From: Octopus bimaculoides | Taxonomy: Eukaryota | Reading direction: 5' to 3' | Length of the DNA stretch: 44,114 bases | Assembly: GCF_001194135.2 (NCBI RefSeq) | Contig: NC_068995.1 | Coordinates: forward strand, 16,621,169-16,665,282 | Shown: in pieces, positions 1 through 12,400 of the stretch | How positions within the stretch are numbered: the first letter of the stretch is position 1 | Layout: every line of letters starts with the position of its first letter | Notes under the pieces: model-generated | The model's input: the letters and a program-made list of their open reading frames with translations, nothing else | Database searches by the model: none | Told to the model about the DNA's origin: nothing | Program-made: the position numbers and the translations under genes

Positions 1-90
1 TATATATATATATATATATATACATACATACATACATACAGACGTATAAGTGTGTGTGTGTGTAAACAAATACACATATAGAAATGTATC

Positions 91-122
<32 letters not shown>

Positions 123-150
123 TGTATGTACGTACGTATATACGTATTTT
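1..150. repeat. Compound microsatellite (TA)n/(TACA)n/(TG)n/(TATG)n
   Basis: Directly visible. Confidence 0.95.
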
Positions 151-367
151 ATGACTCCTCTGTTCTAGATTGGGCTTGAACAAAAAAAGCAGAACAACAA
201 AATAATAACAGAATCAACAATAGCAACAATAAAACATCGGAAGCAACAAAGATAGCAGTAACAGTCACAGATAGAATAGTAAGACTTAGATCATAGAACT
301 TAACAGGCATTGATAATGGCGTTATTGTCGTTAGTTTGCTGGCGGTGGTGTTGGTATTAATATTAAC

Positions 368-577
368 ATAGACAGAATCGTTAGAATGCCGGGTAAAATG
401 CTTAGCGGCATTTCGTCTGTCTTTCCGTACTGAGTTCATTTCACACCGAGTTTGAATTAACCTTTCATTCTTTAGGGGTCGATAAAATAAGCAACCATTT
501 GAGTACTTGTTTCAATGTAATAAACTCACCCCTCCTTTGGAATTACTGGCTTTGTGTCAAAGTTAGGAACTAATATT
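368..577 (+). mobile_element. SINE group A (tRNA-derived), diverged copy, tail type 2
   Basis: Matches other A copies: cagaatcgttag..aaatgcttagcggcatttcgtc, ctttcattctttaggggtcgataaaataag, ends ..gaactaatatt. Confidence 0.85.
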
Positions 578-1089
578 AGAAATTTGTGTTTTTTTTTGAG
601 GAGGTTTAATAAGATTAGAATATATGAGGGTTCTTAGCAGTACTTGTCAAGATAAAAACATTAGGTATACGGTGAGCTTAATAATTTTTCATCTAATTAT
701 TATTAATTAATTAAACTTGTGTTCTGAAAAACAATAATAACAACAGCGCGGAGGTAAAACATAAGACCAGCAGAATTCGTAGAATGCCACAATCCTGCAA
801 AGTTAAAATGTTCTGTTCGAGTAAAAGGGTGTGATCCTTCAATTGTTTTTAAAATAGGTATAAGGCTAGAATTATTGGAGAGAGAGAAGAGCGGTTAGCC
901 AATTACATTGATTCCGATACTTCATTTCATCAACTCGGGAAAGATTCATCCATTTTCTCTGGCGCTATTACTGGGAGATACGTTGGTGCAGAGTCATCAG
1001 GAACATCCCTAGGGTCCTACAAGAAACAAACCATGTTGGACCCTATGGAGTTCTTTTTCAGTCAGTAAGATACAGGATCCTACTAGAAA

Positions 1090-1480
1090 TAACTCTTTCT
1101 GCCTTCCTTCCGCCGATGCAGCGGCGGCCACTGCCACCCGCTAAAGAGTTTCCTCGTGTTCATCTCTTATGCGTTCTCTTTCCGGTTGGATTCTTAAGCG
1201 TGTCCAAATGAAACTATGGATATTATCCAACTATTTCGTTCTTAGTCTACCCCTAAGTCTCCTGCCGGTTCGCTCCGCTTTAACAGTCCATTTGTGATTC
1301 TCTCCTAATCACATGTAGATTCTCAGTAAGGAGAAGTAGCGGCTCGACCTAGAAGAAGTCCCTAATCTCATTGCATTGCCAAGTAATGTTATTCCAGAGA
1401 TCCATTGGCGGATCCATTTCGAAACCATGTCTGCTACCTGTATTCGCGATCGTACTTTTTCACTCATTACCCGGGAAGAT
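1090..1480 (-). mobile_element. RTE-clade LINE, 5'-truncated decayed 3' end of the RT ORF
   Basis: Minus-strand translation across frameshifts: VMSEKVRSRIQVADM..ISGITLL / NEIRDFF*VEPLLLL / RGRLRTK*LDNI..WTRLRIQPE. This resembles the RTE C-terminal pattern MTERVRSRIQAAEM..ISG.TLL..RN.EIR..L.VEPLLL..RGRPRTRWLD (recalled consensus). Confidence 0.75.
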
Positions 1481-1487
1481 GTTAAGT

Positions 1488-1590
1488 AAAACTGGCATCG
1501 GCTGGATTTGAACTCAAAGCGTAAACAGCCGAAACAAATATGGCAAGGGATTTTTTTTCCCGACGCACTTACGAATCTACCAATCCACAA
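1488..1590 (-). mobile_element. SINE group A head fragment
   Basis: Reverse complement gtggattggtagattcgtaagtgcgtcggg..gagttcaaatccagccga carries the A-box-like and B-box-like head. Confidence 0.6.
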
Positions 1591-2127
1591 ACAGAAAATT
1601 CTTTCGGAATATGCACAAAGAAGACAAAAAAAAACAAAAAAACTATGAAAACGGCATAAAAATTAAGGAAAAAAAATAAAGCTCCGTATCAGCAATAATT
1701 ATTTATTTTAGACTCTTTAATTATTTAGTGACTCTTAATAAGGAATTTTTAGCATCTTCGTGGTGCAAGAAAATATTCCTAGGAATATTATTTGTTTTGC
1801 TTTTCCTTATTCATTCATGCACTTATTTATTTACTGTTTTTCTTTATTTCCATTTCAATAAGGAAATATTAGAGAAATATCTGGAAGCTGTTTTATTCTC
1901 TTGGTATTTTTTTAAGGGAGGGAAACGGTTCTCCCCGCTCTCTTTTTCTATGTTTCCCACTATTCTTTCTCTCTTCATCATCTTCTTCTCTATCTCCGTT
2001 TTAAATTAATCTTTATTCATATGTAGTATATATAGCATCAATTGCAGCTTACCATAGATATATTTATCATAATTGGTGAATATCTTTCTGGAATCAGTTT
2101 AATGGAAGCAAATCTGCTATTTTTTTT

Positions 2128-2260
2128 AACACACACACATATATTCATAGATATATTCATACATATATGAATACACACACATACACACATGCACATACAC
2201 GCACATATACATACATATATACATATATACATATATAGGTATATGTATATACATATATAC

Positions 2261-2344
<84 letters not shown>

Positions 2345-2470
2345 GTATATACGTATATGTATATATATATATGTATATTTATATATATATATATGTGTAT
2401 ATGCACAAACGCGCACACATATATACATACATGAATGCACACATACGTATGTGTGTTTATAGATACACAT
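2128..2470. repeat. Compound (CA)/(TA) microsatellite with an ~80 bp pure (TA)n core
   Basis: Directly visible. Confidence 0.95.
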
Positions 2471-2689
2471 ACAGAAATGTATTTAATAATGTCTGCATTT
2501 CTAATAAGAATAGTTACATAGTTACTACGGAATTGATTAGCAAAGGAAAATGTTGATAAAATGAAATAAAAGCTATAAAAACGACATGAATTGACAAAGA
2601 AATAGTTGGAAATCAATGTAATATGCTAAGATTCCTTGTAAATACTAATGAGTTATTACTAAACTTAGACTTCGTCGTATTTTTAGTTG

Positions 2690-3465
2690 ATTGGGATTTG
2701 ACAAGAGGAAAAAATGTAAAGGAGACCTTGTTGATGAGGGAGACTGATGTTGTGAATGCATGTGAAGAAAGAGAAAAATAGAAGCTGGAGGAAGAACGGA
2801 GTCGAATGAGTAAAAAGGAAGATGGAAGACGGGTGAATGGAGCTAAAGGGAGGTAAACAGGAATAAAATAGAGGAAAGAGGGAGGGGAAACAAAAGAAAT
2901 GAGGAATGAACCAGGTAAAGAGAAAAGGAGATTAGTAAAAGTGAATAAAGAATAAAGAACAGAGAAGAAAATGAGAAAGAAAGTGTAAAGAAGACAGTAA
3001 AAAGATAATAGAAGAGGACTGAGACAGATTAAGTGAAGAATAAAAGTGAAGAAAAAGATCGAAAAGACACTTATAGAGAAGAAAATATAGGCATAAGAAC
3101 AAAAGAGATGAAATAAAAAGATGTAAGTAGAAACTTATAAGAATGAACCAGAAAGGAATAAGTAAGAATAGGAACGAATAAGAGATGAATAAGAAAGACT
3201 AGGAAAGAATAAAACTAAGAAGAAAAGAATAGGAAAGAATAATTAAAAATTAGAAAGTATTAGAGACAAGAATATCAAGGATGCAAAAACAAAAACAAAT
3301 ATCTTGAAGGAAAGAGAAGTAATGAATAAGATAGAATAAGAAAAAATAGGAACGGAATAAGAAAGAAATAATGAATAATGAAGACAATGAAAAGAATACG
3401 GAATTTATAAGAAAGAATAAGAATTAATAGGGAAAGCATAAGAAAGGAATAAGAATGAAAAGGCC
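2690..3465 (+). repeat. Polypurine (GA-rich) low-complexity tract with degenerate GAATAAGAA units
   Basis: Almost no C; recurring gaataagaaa/gaaagaata motifs. Confidence 0.85.
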
Positions 3466-3489
3466 ATTACTACGAAGTGTATCTAATAT

Positions 3490-3666
3490 TGGTTTTAAAT
3501 TTTGGCACAAGGCCAGCAATTTCGGATTTGATTGAGCTCAGTACTTAATAGGTACTTATTTAATCGATCCCGAAAGGATGAAAGGCAAAGTCGAGCTCGG
3601 CGGAATTTGAACTCAGAAAGTAAAAAGGACGAAATGCAGTTCTAACGATTCCGCCAGCTCGCCACC
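3490..3666 (-). mobile_element. SINE group A, tail type 2, with TSD
   Basis: Reverse complement of the A consensus; TSD tatctaatat at 3480-3489 and 3674-3683. Confidence 0.9.
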
Positions 3667-3699
3667 ATAAATATATCTAATATCTCAGAATTGTTTTAG

Positions 3700-3858
3700 T
3701 GAACAAATCAGCCCCAATGCTTACTTTTTAAGGCTGATACTTATTCTACCGGTTTAGCATACGGGAACGGAAACAAAACAACACCGGTTGTCATGCACCG
3801 GTGTGGACACGTACAAAACACACACACATACATGCATACAGGTATATATATTAATATA

Positions 3859-3938
<80 letters not shown>

Positions 3939-4119
3939 TATACGGCGGGCTTCCACATCATTTCCGTTTACAAAATTCAGACACAAAGCATAGGCCGACA
4001 CAGAACTATAGTAGAAAGCACTTGATGTACCGTGCACTGGATGTACTGCACTTGATGTACCGCGCAGTGGAGTAGTATCGGAAGTCACGTGGTTCAAAGC
4101 AAACTTCTTACCCACTCAG
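3700..4119 (-). mobile_element. SINE group C (tRNA head, CORE-like block, internal microsatellite, 3' domain)
   Basis: Homologous to 14410-14812 and 18960-19419; internal (CA)n at 3859-3936. Confidence 0.8.
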
Positions 4120-4230
4120 AAAAATTAAGCGATTAATAAGAAAATGTTATAACAATATGAATAAGAAAGAACCGAAAAGAAAGAAGAAATGTGTTTTTCT
4201 CATTAGTCATATGTCAACCAGGGTTGGGTG

Positions 4231-4606
4231 TGGAGGCGCAATGGCCCAGTGGTTAGGGCAGCGAACTCGCGGTCATAGGATCGCGGTTTCGATTCCCAGA
4301 CCGGGCGTTGTGAGTGTTTATTGACCGAAAACACCTAAAAGCTCCACGAGGCTCCGGCAGGGGATGGTGGTGAACCCTGCTGTACTCTTTCACCACAACT
4401 TTCTCTCACTCTTACTTCCTGTTTCTGTTGTGCCTGTATTTCAAAGGGCCAGCCTTGTCACTCTGTGTCACGCTGAATATTCCCGAGAACTACGTTAAGG
4501 GTACACGTGTCTGTGGAGTGCTCAGCACGTTAATTTCACGAGCAGGCTGTTCCGTTGATCGGATCAACTGGAACCCTTGACGTCGTAAGCGACGGAGTGC
4601 CAAAAG
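4231..4606 (+). mobile_element. SINE group B, full length, with 14-bp TSD
   Basis: A box tggcccagtgg, B box ggtttcgattcc; TSD atgtcaaccagggt at 4211-4224 and 4608-4621; high identity to the copy at 15197-15543. Confidence 0.93.
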
Positions 4607-4749
4607 CATGTCAACCAGGGTAATAGATGGTAAAACTGCATTTTATATTAAAGCTTAATATGGTTCCCTTCACTATTTTTTAAAGGTTAAATCTAAATTT
4701 AAAAAAAATGATAATTATGCGCGTTATACATTTTTGGGGACACCCTATA

Positions 4750-4916
4750 TAATGTATATGTATATATGTACATGCATATCTATCTATCCATCTATCTATC
4801 TATCTGTCTGTCTGTCTGTCTGCATATTTTTAAATATACAATAAAGTTCCTATTCCATTATACCGGCCACAGTCTGAAAGTTTATAATTTCCGTGCAAAG
4901 ATCATTGTTATTATTA

Positions 4917-4952
<36 letters not shown>
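4750..4952. repeat. (TATC)n/(TGTC)n and (TG)n microsatellites
   Basis: Directly visible. Confidence 0.9.
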
Positions 4953-5705
4953 AGCAACTTGCGGTTCAGCTCTACCCACTCACGTGCTGTAACAGTAGTT
5001 GTTTACACGGCTCTGTCTCAACCTCGATACGTCGTTATAGTTGGCCAATATGAATCCTATATGCATATTTTCTCTCGAATCGTCAAGCTTATGTACAGAG
5101 CTTTTGCAATCAACTATTTGCTAAAGGTACAGAGTCAAATATACAACCGTGCTGACTTGATACTTCAACTTTCTAATTCATGACCCACACGAAAATAACT
5201 TTTGTGGTGAAACAAAAGTTATTATTAAACGTTCGGAAGATGGTTTCACATCATTTGCACGCAGTTACAACCAAGACCCTTTACCACACACATACAGATA
5301 TATATCAAAGGAAAACACGCCACTAATTGGCTAGGCAGGATGATGCAAAACAGTCAAGAAATCTATTATCATAACACGGAATGCATCGGTGAAGAGAAGT
5401 TCACTGTTGTGCGGCAGCCCACCATTCCAATGGTATCCAAATGTATTGAACGATGAATTGAGTACTTAAAGGTGGCGTAAAAACGTAATAAAAAATGTGA
5501 ATATGCCAACCAAATAAACTAGCAAGCAATGACACGTTGATTAATTAATAGATCAGCCTCCTGATGAATTGAGAGTTGCTTAACATATTCCGTAATCTTA
5601 TGGATGCTGTGCATAATGCATACATGACTGTATTATGTTTACATCACAATAAAGACTCTTAATGAAACATTTGTAGGAATAACAAATAAGCCATTCATCT
5701 GTTTT

Positions 5706-5710
<5 letters not shown>

Positions 5711-5738
<28 letters not shown>

Positions 5739-5739
5739 T

Positions 5740-5822
<83 letters not shown>
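5711..5822. repeat. (CA)n followed by a long (GA)n microsatellite
   Basis: Directly visible. Confidence 0.95.
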
Positions 5823-5827
<5 letters not shown>

Positions 5828-6282
5828 GGACAACTGTTGAGCAGATAACAGCTATTTGACTTGAATCACTTGTCCGCGACTCTCCACTATCTCTAGACAA
5901 TAAGCCTATTCTCCTATTTAATTGCATGTCAGCTTGGAGAATTCTTGATTCTTGAGATTAACTAGCATTTAGTAATTATGACATTCTCTGGAGGCCGAGA
6001 CAACTTCAATAAATCAACAACTGAGGTGGTTGATTTTATCGACTATACCGCTCCTACCAAATTTTTGACATGCTACCTATGTTATAAATTATTATGAATT
6101 GTTAGAAGTCTAAACTGATTAACCAACATCATCCTGGGGTTAAAATGTTAGTAAAGTCGATTCTTACAGAACAGCCTTGTTTAAGTGGCGATAACCATTG
6201 CTTCTCATTATAGTTACTACTTTCATCTCTTCTAGAGATTTTGTAACTAACTACTTTGTTTGTTTCTTTTGTTAATTCAAAA

Positions 6283-6473
6283 GAGGTTCAGCGTGACATA
6301 GAATGTGACAAGGCCGGTCCTTTGAAATACGGATATTACTCATTTTGAAAGTTGAGTGGATTGGAGCAACGTAAAATAAAGTGTCTTGCTCAAGGACCGA
6401 AAGGGCCGCCGGGAATCGAACTCATGTTCTTACGGTCGTGAGTCGAATACCCTCAGCCACTCAGCCACGTACC
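6283..6473 (-). mobile_element. SINE group D (tRNA head + ccttgagcaagacacttta CORE-like block) with a B-type tail
   Basis: Reverse complement has head tggctgagtggctgaggg..gagttcgattcc, CORE-like block, then gtatttcaaaggaccggccttgtcac..gtcacgctgaa shared with SINE B. Confidence 0.85.
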
Positions 6474-6475
6474 TT

Positions 6476-6583
6476 CACAACGTGAAATGAAGTGTTTTGC
6501 TCAATAACACATTGCACAGCCGGTTCAGAAATAGAATTCACGATCTTGCGATCATAAATGCAACACCCCAATCACTAGGGCCA
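6476..6583 (-). mobile_element. Second SINE group D head + CORE-like fragment in tandem
   Basis: Reverse complement tggccctagtgattgggg..tgtgttattgagcaaaacacttcatttcacgttg. Confidence 0.7.
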
Positions 6584-6601
6584 CTAAGCACTTCATATGT
6601 C

Positions 6602-6808
6602 TTCATTGCCCACAAGGAGCTAAGCATAGAGGGGACAAACAAGGACAGACAAAGAGATTAAGTCGATTACATCGACCCCAGTGCGTAACTGGTACTAATT
6701 TATCGACCCCGAAAGGATGAAAGGTAAAGTCGACCTCGGCGGAATTTGTACTCAGAATGTAGCGTCGGGCGAAATACCAGCGTGCTAACAATTCTACCAG
6801 CTCACCGT
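6602..6808 (-). mobile_element. SINE group A, tail type 3, with TSD
   Basis: Tail ctttgtctgtccttgtttgtcccctctatg..gtgggcaat; TSD core cactaagcacttc at 6582-6594 and 6809-6821. Confidence 0.92.
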
Positions 6809-6949
6809 CACTAAGCACTTCCTGTCTAACAAAGGCCATGAGCCTTTGTTAGACATAATTATGGAAACTAGAATCGGTAGATGGCCAGGTAGAATAATCT
6901 GTGGTACTTAGATATGTCTGTTTATGTTCAAATCTTGCCTGTGTCAACT

Positions 6950-7767
6950 ATTCTTTCCGATAAAATAAGTGCAAGTCATGGAAAAGAAGAAGACGTGGGA
7001 GGAGGAAAAGTAAGAGGAGAGGATAAAAAAAATTGTAAAAGGAAATTAGGAAGATAAAGAATAAGAGGAAGGTGGAGGTGAGAAGAAGAAACTGAAGAAT
7101 TATAAACAGGAGAAAATGTAAAAAAAAAAAATAATAATAATAAATAAAATATAGAAACAAATGTAAAGAAGTAAAATAAATACGAAAAGAAAGAGAGGAT
7201 GGGATTGTGAAGAATTAGAGAGAAAACAAAATGTTAGGAGATAAGAGGGGGGGGGAGAAAAAAAAGCAAGTATGATTATAAGCGCTGGTAAAAGAGTAGG
7301 TAATGACAACGACAATGATGATGACGATGATGATGACGATGATGACGATGGTTTGGGTGGGGGTGATGACGTTGGTGACGATGATGAGGGTGTTGAAGGT
7401 GATGATGTTGATGAGGAGGATGATGATGATGATGATGATAAGGTTAGTTGAAGGTGGTGATGATGATAGAGATGAAGGAGTGGGTGGTGGGTGGTGGGAG
7501 AATAATATCATGATACACAAAGAGCAAAAACAGACAAACAAATAAAAAAAGCAGAACAACCTAAAGCAAACAAAAACAAACAAACAAACAAAAACGGAAA
7601 GAAGAAAAAAAATCACGTGAAGTATTAATTGGAATACTTTTTTGGAATTTTTTCTTAAAAAAAAACACGAGAGAGATGAGGTTGAAGGAGGTGACGGAGA
7701 TGTGCGAAAGTGTAATGTTACATCATAGCACAGAGAAGGAGAGTGAGAGAGTGAGAGGCAATGAGAA

Positions 7768-7800
<33 letters not shown>

Positions 7801-8266
7801 TGTGAGGGACAAAAGTAAGATGCGATTCATATATGAAAGCGTAAGATTACATCTAATATATGCGTGGAAGGATAGATAGAGAGAGAGAGAGTGAGAGGGA
7901 GAGAGACAGACATATAGAGGCAAGGGGGTAGAAGGAAGAGGTGACAGAAAATCTAGAGTGAGTGAATGGCAGAGAGAGAAAGAAAGAGAGAAAGAGAAAG
8001 TGAGAGAAATAGAGAGAGTGAGATCGAAAGAGAGGAAGAGGTGAGGGATAAAGGAAGGAATGAAAATAAACTGTGACACGATTAAAAATCTGATGGAATA
8101 ATAACACAAGGAGAGAGCAAGTAAGAGAGTGAGTGAGAGAGGAGAGAGAGAGAGAGAGGAAGCGAGAGAGGGAAGCTGAGCAAACTGTGAGACATACGTA
8201 AAAAAAGAACAACAACAAAAGGCTGTATAATGTCAGGTGCAGTTTGCAAATAACATCTTCAGCAAT

Positions 8267-8297
<31 letters not shown>

Positions 8298-8530
8298 GCG
8301 ACAACAAAAGCACTAGCAACAGCATATAAGAAATAACAACTGTAACAGTAACTCTTATAGCAATAAAACAACAACAGCAGCAACAAAAATATCTAAAATA
8401 AACAAATAACAAAACGAAAAAATAAAAATAAGAAACAAAGTAAGACTACAGCCACCACCACCAACACCAGCAACAACAAGTGCAACAGCAGTTGCAACAA
8501 TAACAACTGCAACACTATCAGCGGCTACAA
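6950..8530 (+). repeat. 1.6-kb purine-rich low-complexity block: (GAA/GGA), (ATG)n, (ACAA)n, (GA)n, (CAA)n segments
   Basis: Directly visible; source of the poly-M/L/V/S pseudo-ORFs in the track. Confidence 0.9.
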
Positions 8531-8609
8531 ACGTAGACCTTATGATCAAACACTTTCCAAACGTAACGATCTCGTATGTTTTTCTTCTTTTCTCCACGTA
8601 TTATAAAAT

Positions 8610-8790
8610 GGATCTCCGTTGGTTTCGACGATGGATGTCGTATGTTCGATCAACTGAAGTATTTAATTATCAAATCATGATATAAGAAGCTGAGTATCTC
8701 ACAGACATGTGTACTCGTAATATAATCGCCAAGTAGAATTAGCATGTCGTAGTGTATGACAAACCTGCCTCTTTGAATTGTAGGTAGAAT
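8610..8790 (-). mobile_element. Old, diverged copy of the B/D-type SINE 3' domain
   Basis: ctccgttggtttcgacg..cgatcaactgaa..gctgagtatctcacagacatgtgtac..tgacaaacctgcctctttgaattgtagg aligns by eye to 15205-15380. Confidence 0.6.
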
Positions 8791-8959
8791 CTAACAACCA
8801 AAAGGTTTCCATCCGTGTTTCGGTCAATTCAGTTCCGTTCCTAAGTTTTGGGTGAACCTATGAAACTTGTCCAACAATCCATGAAAGGAGATTGAACCTG
8901 GAGCTTCATTATTCCAATGCAAACTTCGGAATCACTCAGTCCAAATATAGTTTAATAGT

Positions 8960-9076
8960 GTATGTATGTATGCATGTATGTATGTATGTATGTATGTATG
9001 TATGTATGCATGTATGTATGTATGTATGTATGTATGTATGCATGTTTGTATGTATGTATGTATGTATGTATGTCTT
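8960..9076. repeat. (TATG)n array, left flank of RLE-LINE copy 1; continues at 9363-9400
   Basis: Directly visible. Confidence 0.95.
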
Positions 9077-9362
9077 TATGTCATTATTCAGTTTTCTTTC
9101 AAGATTTCCTGCCGATAGAAAAAGAACCGGTTTCTAACCTAGATCCAAGGCTCCTTCATTGGAATTTCAACATCAACACAGTTTTTTGGTATGTATGTAT
9201 ATGTGCAGATGTGTATGCTTTATTTTATGTATGCATTCTCATACATATAAGTTGCATGTCTAGATATGCTCATATATACTTAAATGATAAACTTTTGGAA
9301 AGTTTTACAGATTTTTACAATTCCAGTGATGGCTTGGATCTGTAGTCTTCGAATTGGCTTTC
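9077..9362 (-). mobile_element. RLE-type non-LTR retrotransposon (R4/Dong-like), 5'-truncated copy 1: ORF end + 3' UTR
   Basis: Minus strand encodes KPIRRLQIQAITGIVKICKTFQKFII* (stop at 9280-9282), then a ~200 bp UTR shared with copies 2 and 3. The peptide fits the C-terminus of RLE LINEs (..LQ....GT.KI.R). Clade is inferred. Confidence 0.75.
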
Positions 9363-9784
9363 ATGTATGTATGTATGTATGTATGTATGTATGTATGTAT
9401 GATTGTAAAAACTCTTTCTCTTTTTAATTTAAAGAAATTTTCGACCGGCCACCTACTTGGTAGCAAGGTTGTAAAGGAGCGTATTTTATTTAACTATCAC
9501 TCTTCAACTTTTTTGAAAAAAATGCAGATTTTTATAGCCCCAGATATTGTGATCATTCTTAGCATATGAATCAAGAATTTGCATTCTCTCTCCAAGATCT
9601 TAAGTTCAACCATACATCCCTTGCACGTCGCACGGTCACTTAAAAGCGTGCTTGTTAGTGCGTGCAGAACTTACGTGTTAAACAAAAAATGTTAGAGGAG
9701 GTGACAGATTTCATCGACTTCACTTCTATATATTCACCTTAAAAAGAAATAAGGTTAATAAGAAAAATATTCTTTATCTACAAA

Positions 9785-10030
9785 ATACGATGAATTAGCA
9801 GAATCGTTCGAGTATCGGACAAAATACCTTTCCTGGAATTGTGTCAGATTCTTTGTGTTCCGGGTTCCGAGTTGAAATCCTTCCGAGGTCACTTTACCTT
9901 TCGATAACTACGGAACTAGTTCACTGCTGTGAATAAGCGGAATCGCAAGAGCACCAAAAGAAATGTCTTGTGGGATTTGTTCCAACTCTATGCATTCCAA
10001 GTTCAAATTCGAGCTCCTATAAACAGCCTT
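9785..10030 (+). mobile_element. Two old SINE group A head fragments in tandem
   Basis: tagcagaatcgttcgagtatcggacaaaatac..gagttgaaatccttccgaggtcactttaccttt, then a second ..aaatgtcttgtgggatttg..aagttcaaattc. Confidence 0.5.
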
Positions 10031-10779
10031 CTCTTGACGGAAAACAGGCCGTTCGGGACTTGTTTTACTTTGTCAGGCCTGCAATGTCAGATTAAGCGAT
10101 GCGGTGACTGGAGAAAAAGTTCATTAATATTAATACAATAAACACGTGGATCCTGTACTGAAGTGGGGCAAGTGCTTTGACCAATGATACATCTATTCTA
10201 CCTTATCCTTTGAAAAACGAGATTTCTAACTTTTTTGCAAGTTTTGATGTTATCTAGACACAGCTCAACCCCAGCTGAGCGGACCGATGACCAAATGGAT
10301 TCCTTATGGAATAATTTCTTATTCTTAAGCATATCTACAACGACATTATCCAATATATACGCTTTTTAATGACAGTACAGTGTTATTTGAGGTAGATTTC
10401 TCTGCCTTCGCTAGCAGATCGCTTTTTCGTTAGCTTGTAATGTATTTGGTATTTTTTCTTTAGCATATAAATATTTATGCAATATGTTTAATCAACAAAT
10501 TTTATTTCTGTTTTTATAAGTAGCATTGATATCCGATAAAATAAAGAAATACATACATACATACATAAATGTAAAATGATATAAGACATGATGTCAGCTG
10601 ACATTTAAATTGACAGTTAAATGATTGAACTATTGACTTGCCAGTGGCTATGATAATCGTACGTAGACAAGACAATAGTAAATGGTTTTTTGTTGTTCTA
10701 TATGTTTCTATTCATTTTCCTCATTGTCTGCTAATTTGAAATTTTATGCTAAGAAAACAAATCAGATATACGGTGATAC

Positions 10780-10782
<3 letters not shown>

Positions 10783-10822
<40 letters not shown>

Positions 10823-11136
10823 NNNNNNNNNNNNNNNNNNNNNNNNNNNNNNNNNNNNNNNNNNNNNNNNNNNNNNNNNNNNNNNNNNNNNNNNNNNNNN
10901 NNNNNNNNNNNNNNNNNNNNNNNNNNNNNNNNNNNNNNNNNNNNNNNNNNNNNNNNNNNNNNNNNNNNNNNNNNNNNNNNNNNNNNNNNNNNNNNNNNNN
11001 NNNNNNNNNNNNNNNNNNNNNNNNNNNNNNNNNNNNNNNNNNNNNNNNNNNNNNNNNNNNNNNNNNNNNNNNNNNNNNNNNNNNNNNNNNNNNNNNNNNN
11101 NNNNNNNNNNNNNNNNNNNNNNNNNNNNNNNNNNNN

Positions 11137-11205
<69 letters not shown>

Positions 11206-11227
11206 AGATAGATAAATAGATAGATAA

Positions 11228-11262
<35 letters not shown>
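10783..11262. repeat. (TA)n / gap / (TA)n-(GA)n-(GATA)n microsatellite
   Basis: Visible on both sides of N-gap 10823-11136. Confidence 0.9.
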
Positions 11263-11265
<3 letters not shown>

Positions 11266-11589
11266 TACTATTCCGTGAAAGTAAGATCAACAAAATAAGT
11301 AAATAAGTACTCCATCAGGTGAGAGATTAATATTGTTTAATGAACACAGTATATATTTTTTATGAGCTACTAATAGTTTCATACAATTAAAACGACATAA
11401 ACAACATTTCATAACACGTCTAGTGCCTTCATGCCATCACCATATGCCAGCGCTCGTGTTAACATGTTACCTATTAGAATCGATTGTCGGGCCGGGTCGG
11501 GCTGTCGGAAACTCAAATGCTAAGCCTTCCTAGTGAGGAATGTTACTAGAAACCCGGTAAAGTATTGTTCACATTACAGAGATGCGGAT

Positions 11590-11806
11590 GGTAAGGAGCT
11601 GGCAGAATTGTTAGCATGCCAGGCAGAATGCTTAGCAGCATTTCGTCCATTCTTACGTGCTAAGTTCAAATTCCATCAAGGTCGACTTTGCCTTCCATCC
11701 TTTCGGGGTCGATAAGATGAGTAGCAGTTGAGCACTAGTGTCGAGGTAATTAACTTACCCCTCCCTCGAAATTTCTGGACTTGTGCCAAAATTTGAAACC
11801 AATATT
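11590..11806 (+). mobile_element. SINE group A, tail type 2
   Basis: gagctggcagaattgttagc..aagttcaaattcc..ttgtgccaaaatttgaaaccaatatt. Confidence 0.9.
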
Positions 11807-12159
11807 ATTGAGACGAGGTTCCGTGTTTTTTCTATGAAGCTAATCTTTACCTATGTATTATTCATCACGAACTCAGGCAACACACTGGGATAGAATTTCT
11901 AAATACTTCGAACATCCCTCTACAGTTCTTTTAAGATGTCCTAAACTTTAGAATCGGCAGAAGTATATCAACTTGCATGGGGATAATGAATATTATCAAA
12001 TAAAAAAGGGAAGGAGAGAAAATGTATTGCACAGGTGAATAAGCACTGTATTTGATTGTGAAATATTTATATCATGAATCACCACAACTTCAATGCTTTG
12101 CTCTGAGACATAAAAAAAATATATCCGGTCTCTGGTATCGAAATTTGCTTCCAAATAAT

Positions 12160-12373
12160 GGTTTCAAATTTTGTCACAAGACCAGCAATTTCGAGGAAGG
12201 GGTACTAAGTCGATTGCATGGACTCGTGTTCAACGGGTATTTATTTCATCGACCCAAGGAGGATGAAAGTTAAAGTTGGCCACAGGGGAGTTTGAACTCA
12301 GAACATAAAGACAGACGAAATGGCGCTAAGCATTTTGCCCGGAGCGGTAATTATACTGTCAGCTCAGCGCCTT
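12160..12373 (-). mobile_element. SINE group A, tail type 2, with TSD
   Basis: TSD aatttgcttccaaataat (12142-12159) / aatctgcctccagataat (12374-12391). Confidence 0.88.
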
Positions 12374-12400
12374 AATCTGCCTCCAGATAATGATATATAC

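Noticed and set aside
4231-4305. SINE heads read as tRNA genes
   Set aside because: A and B boxes are present, but acceptor stems are not intact and each continues into a SINE body, several with TSDs.
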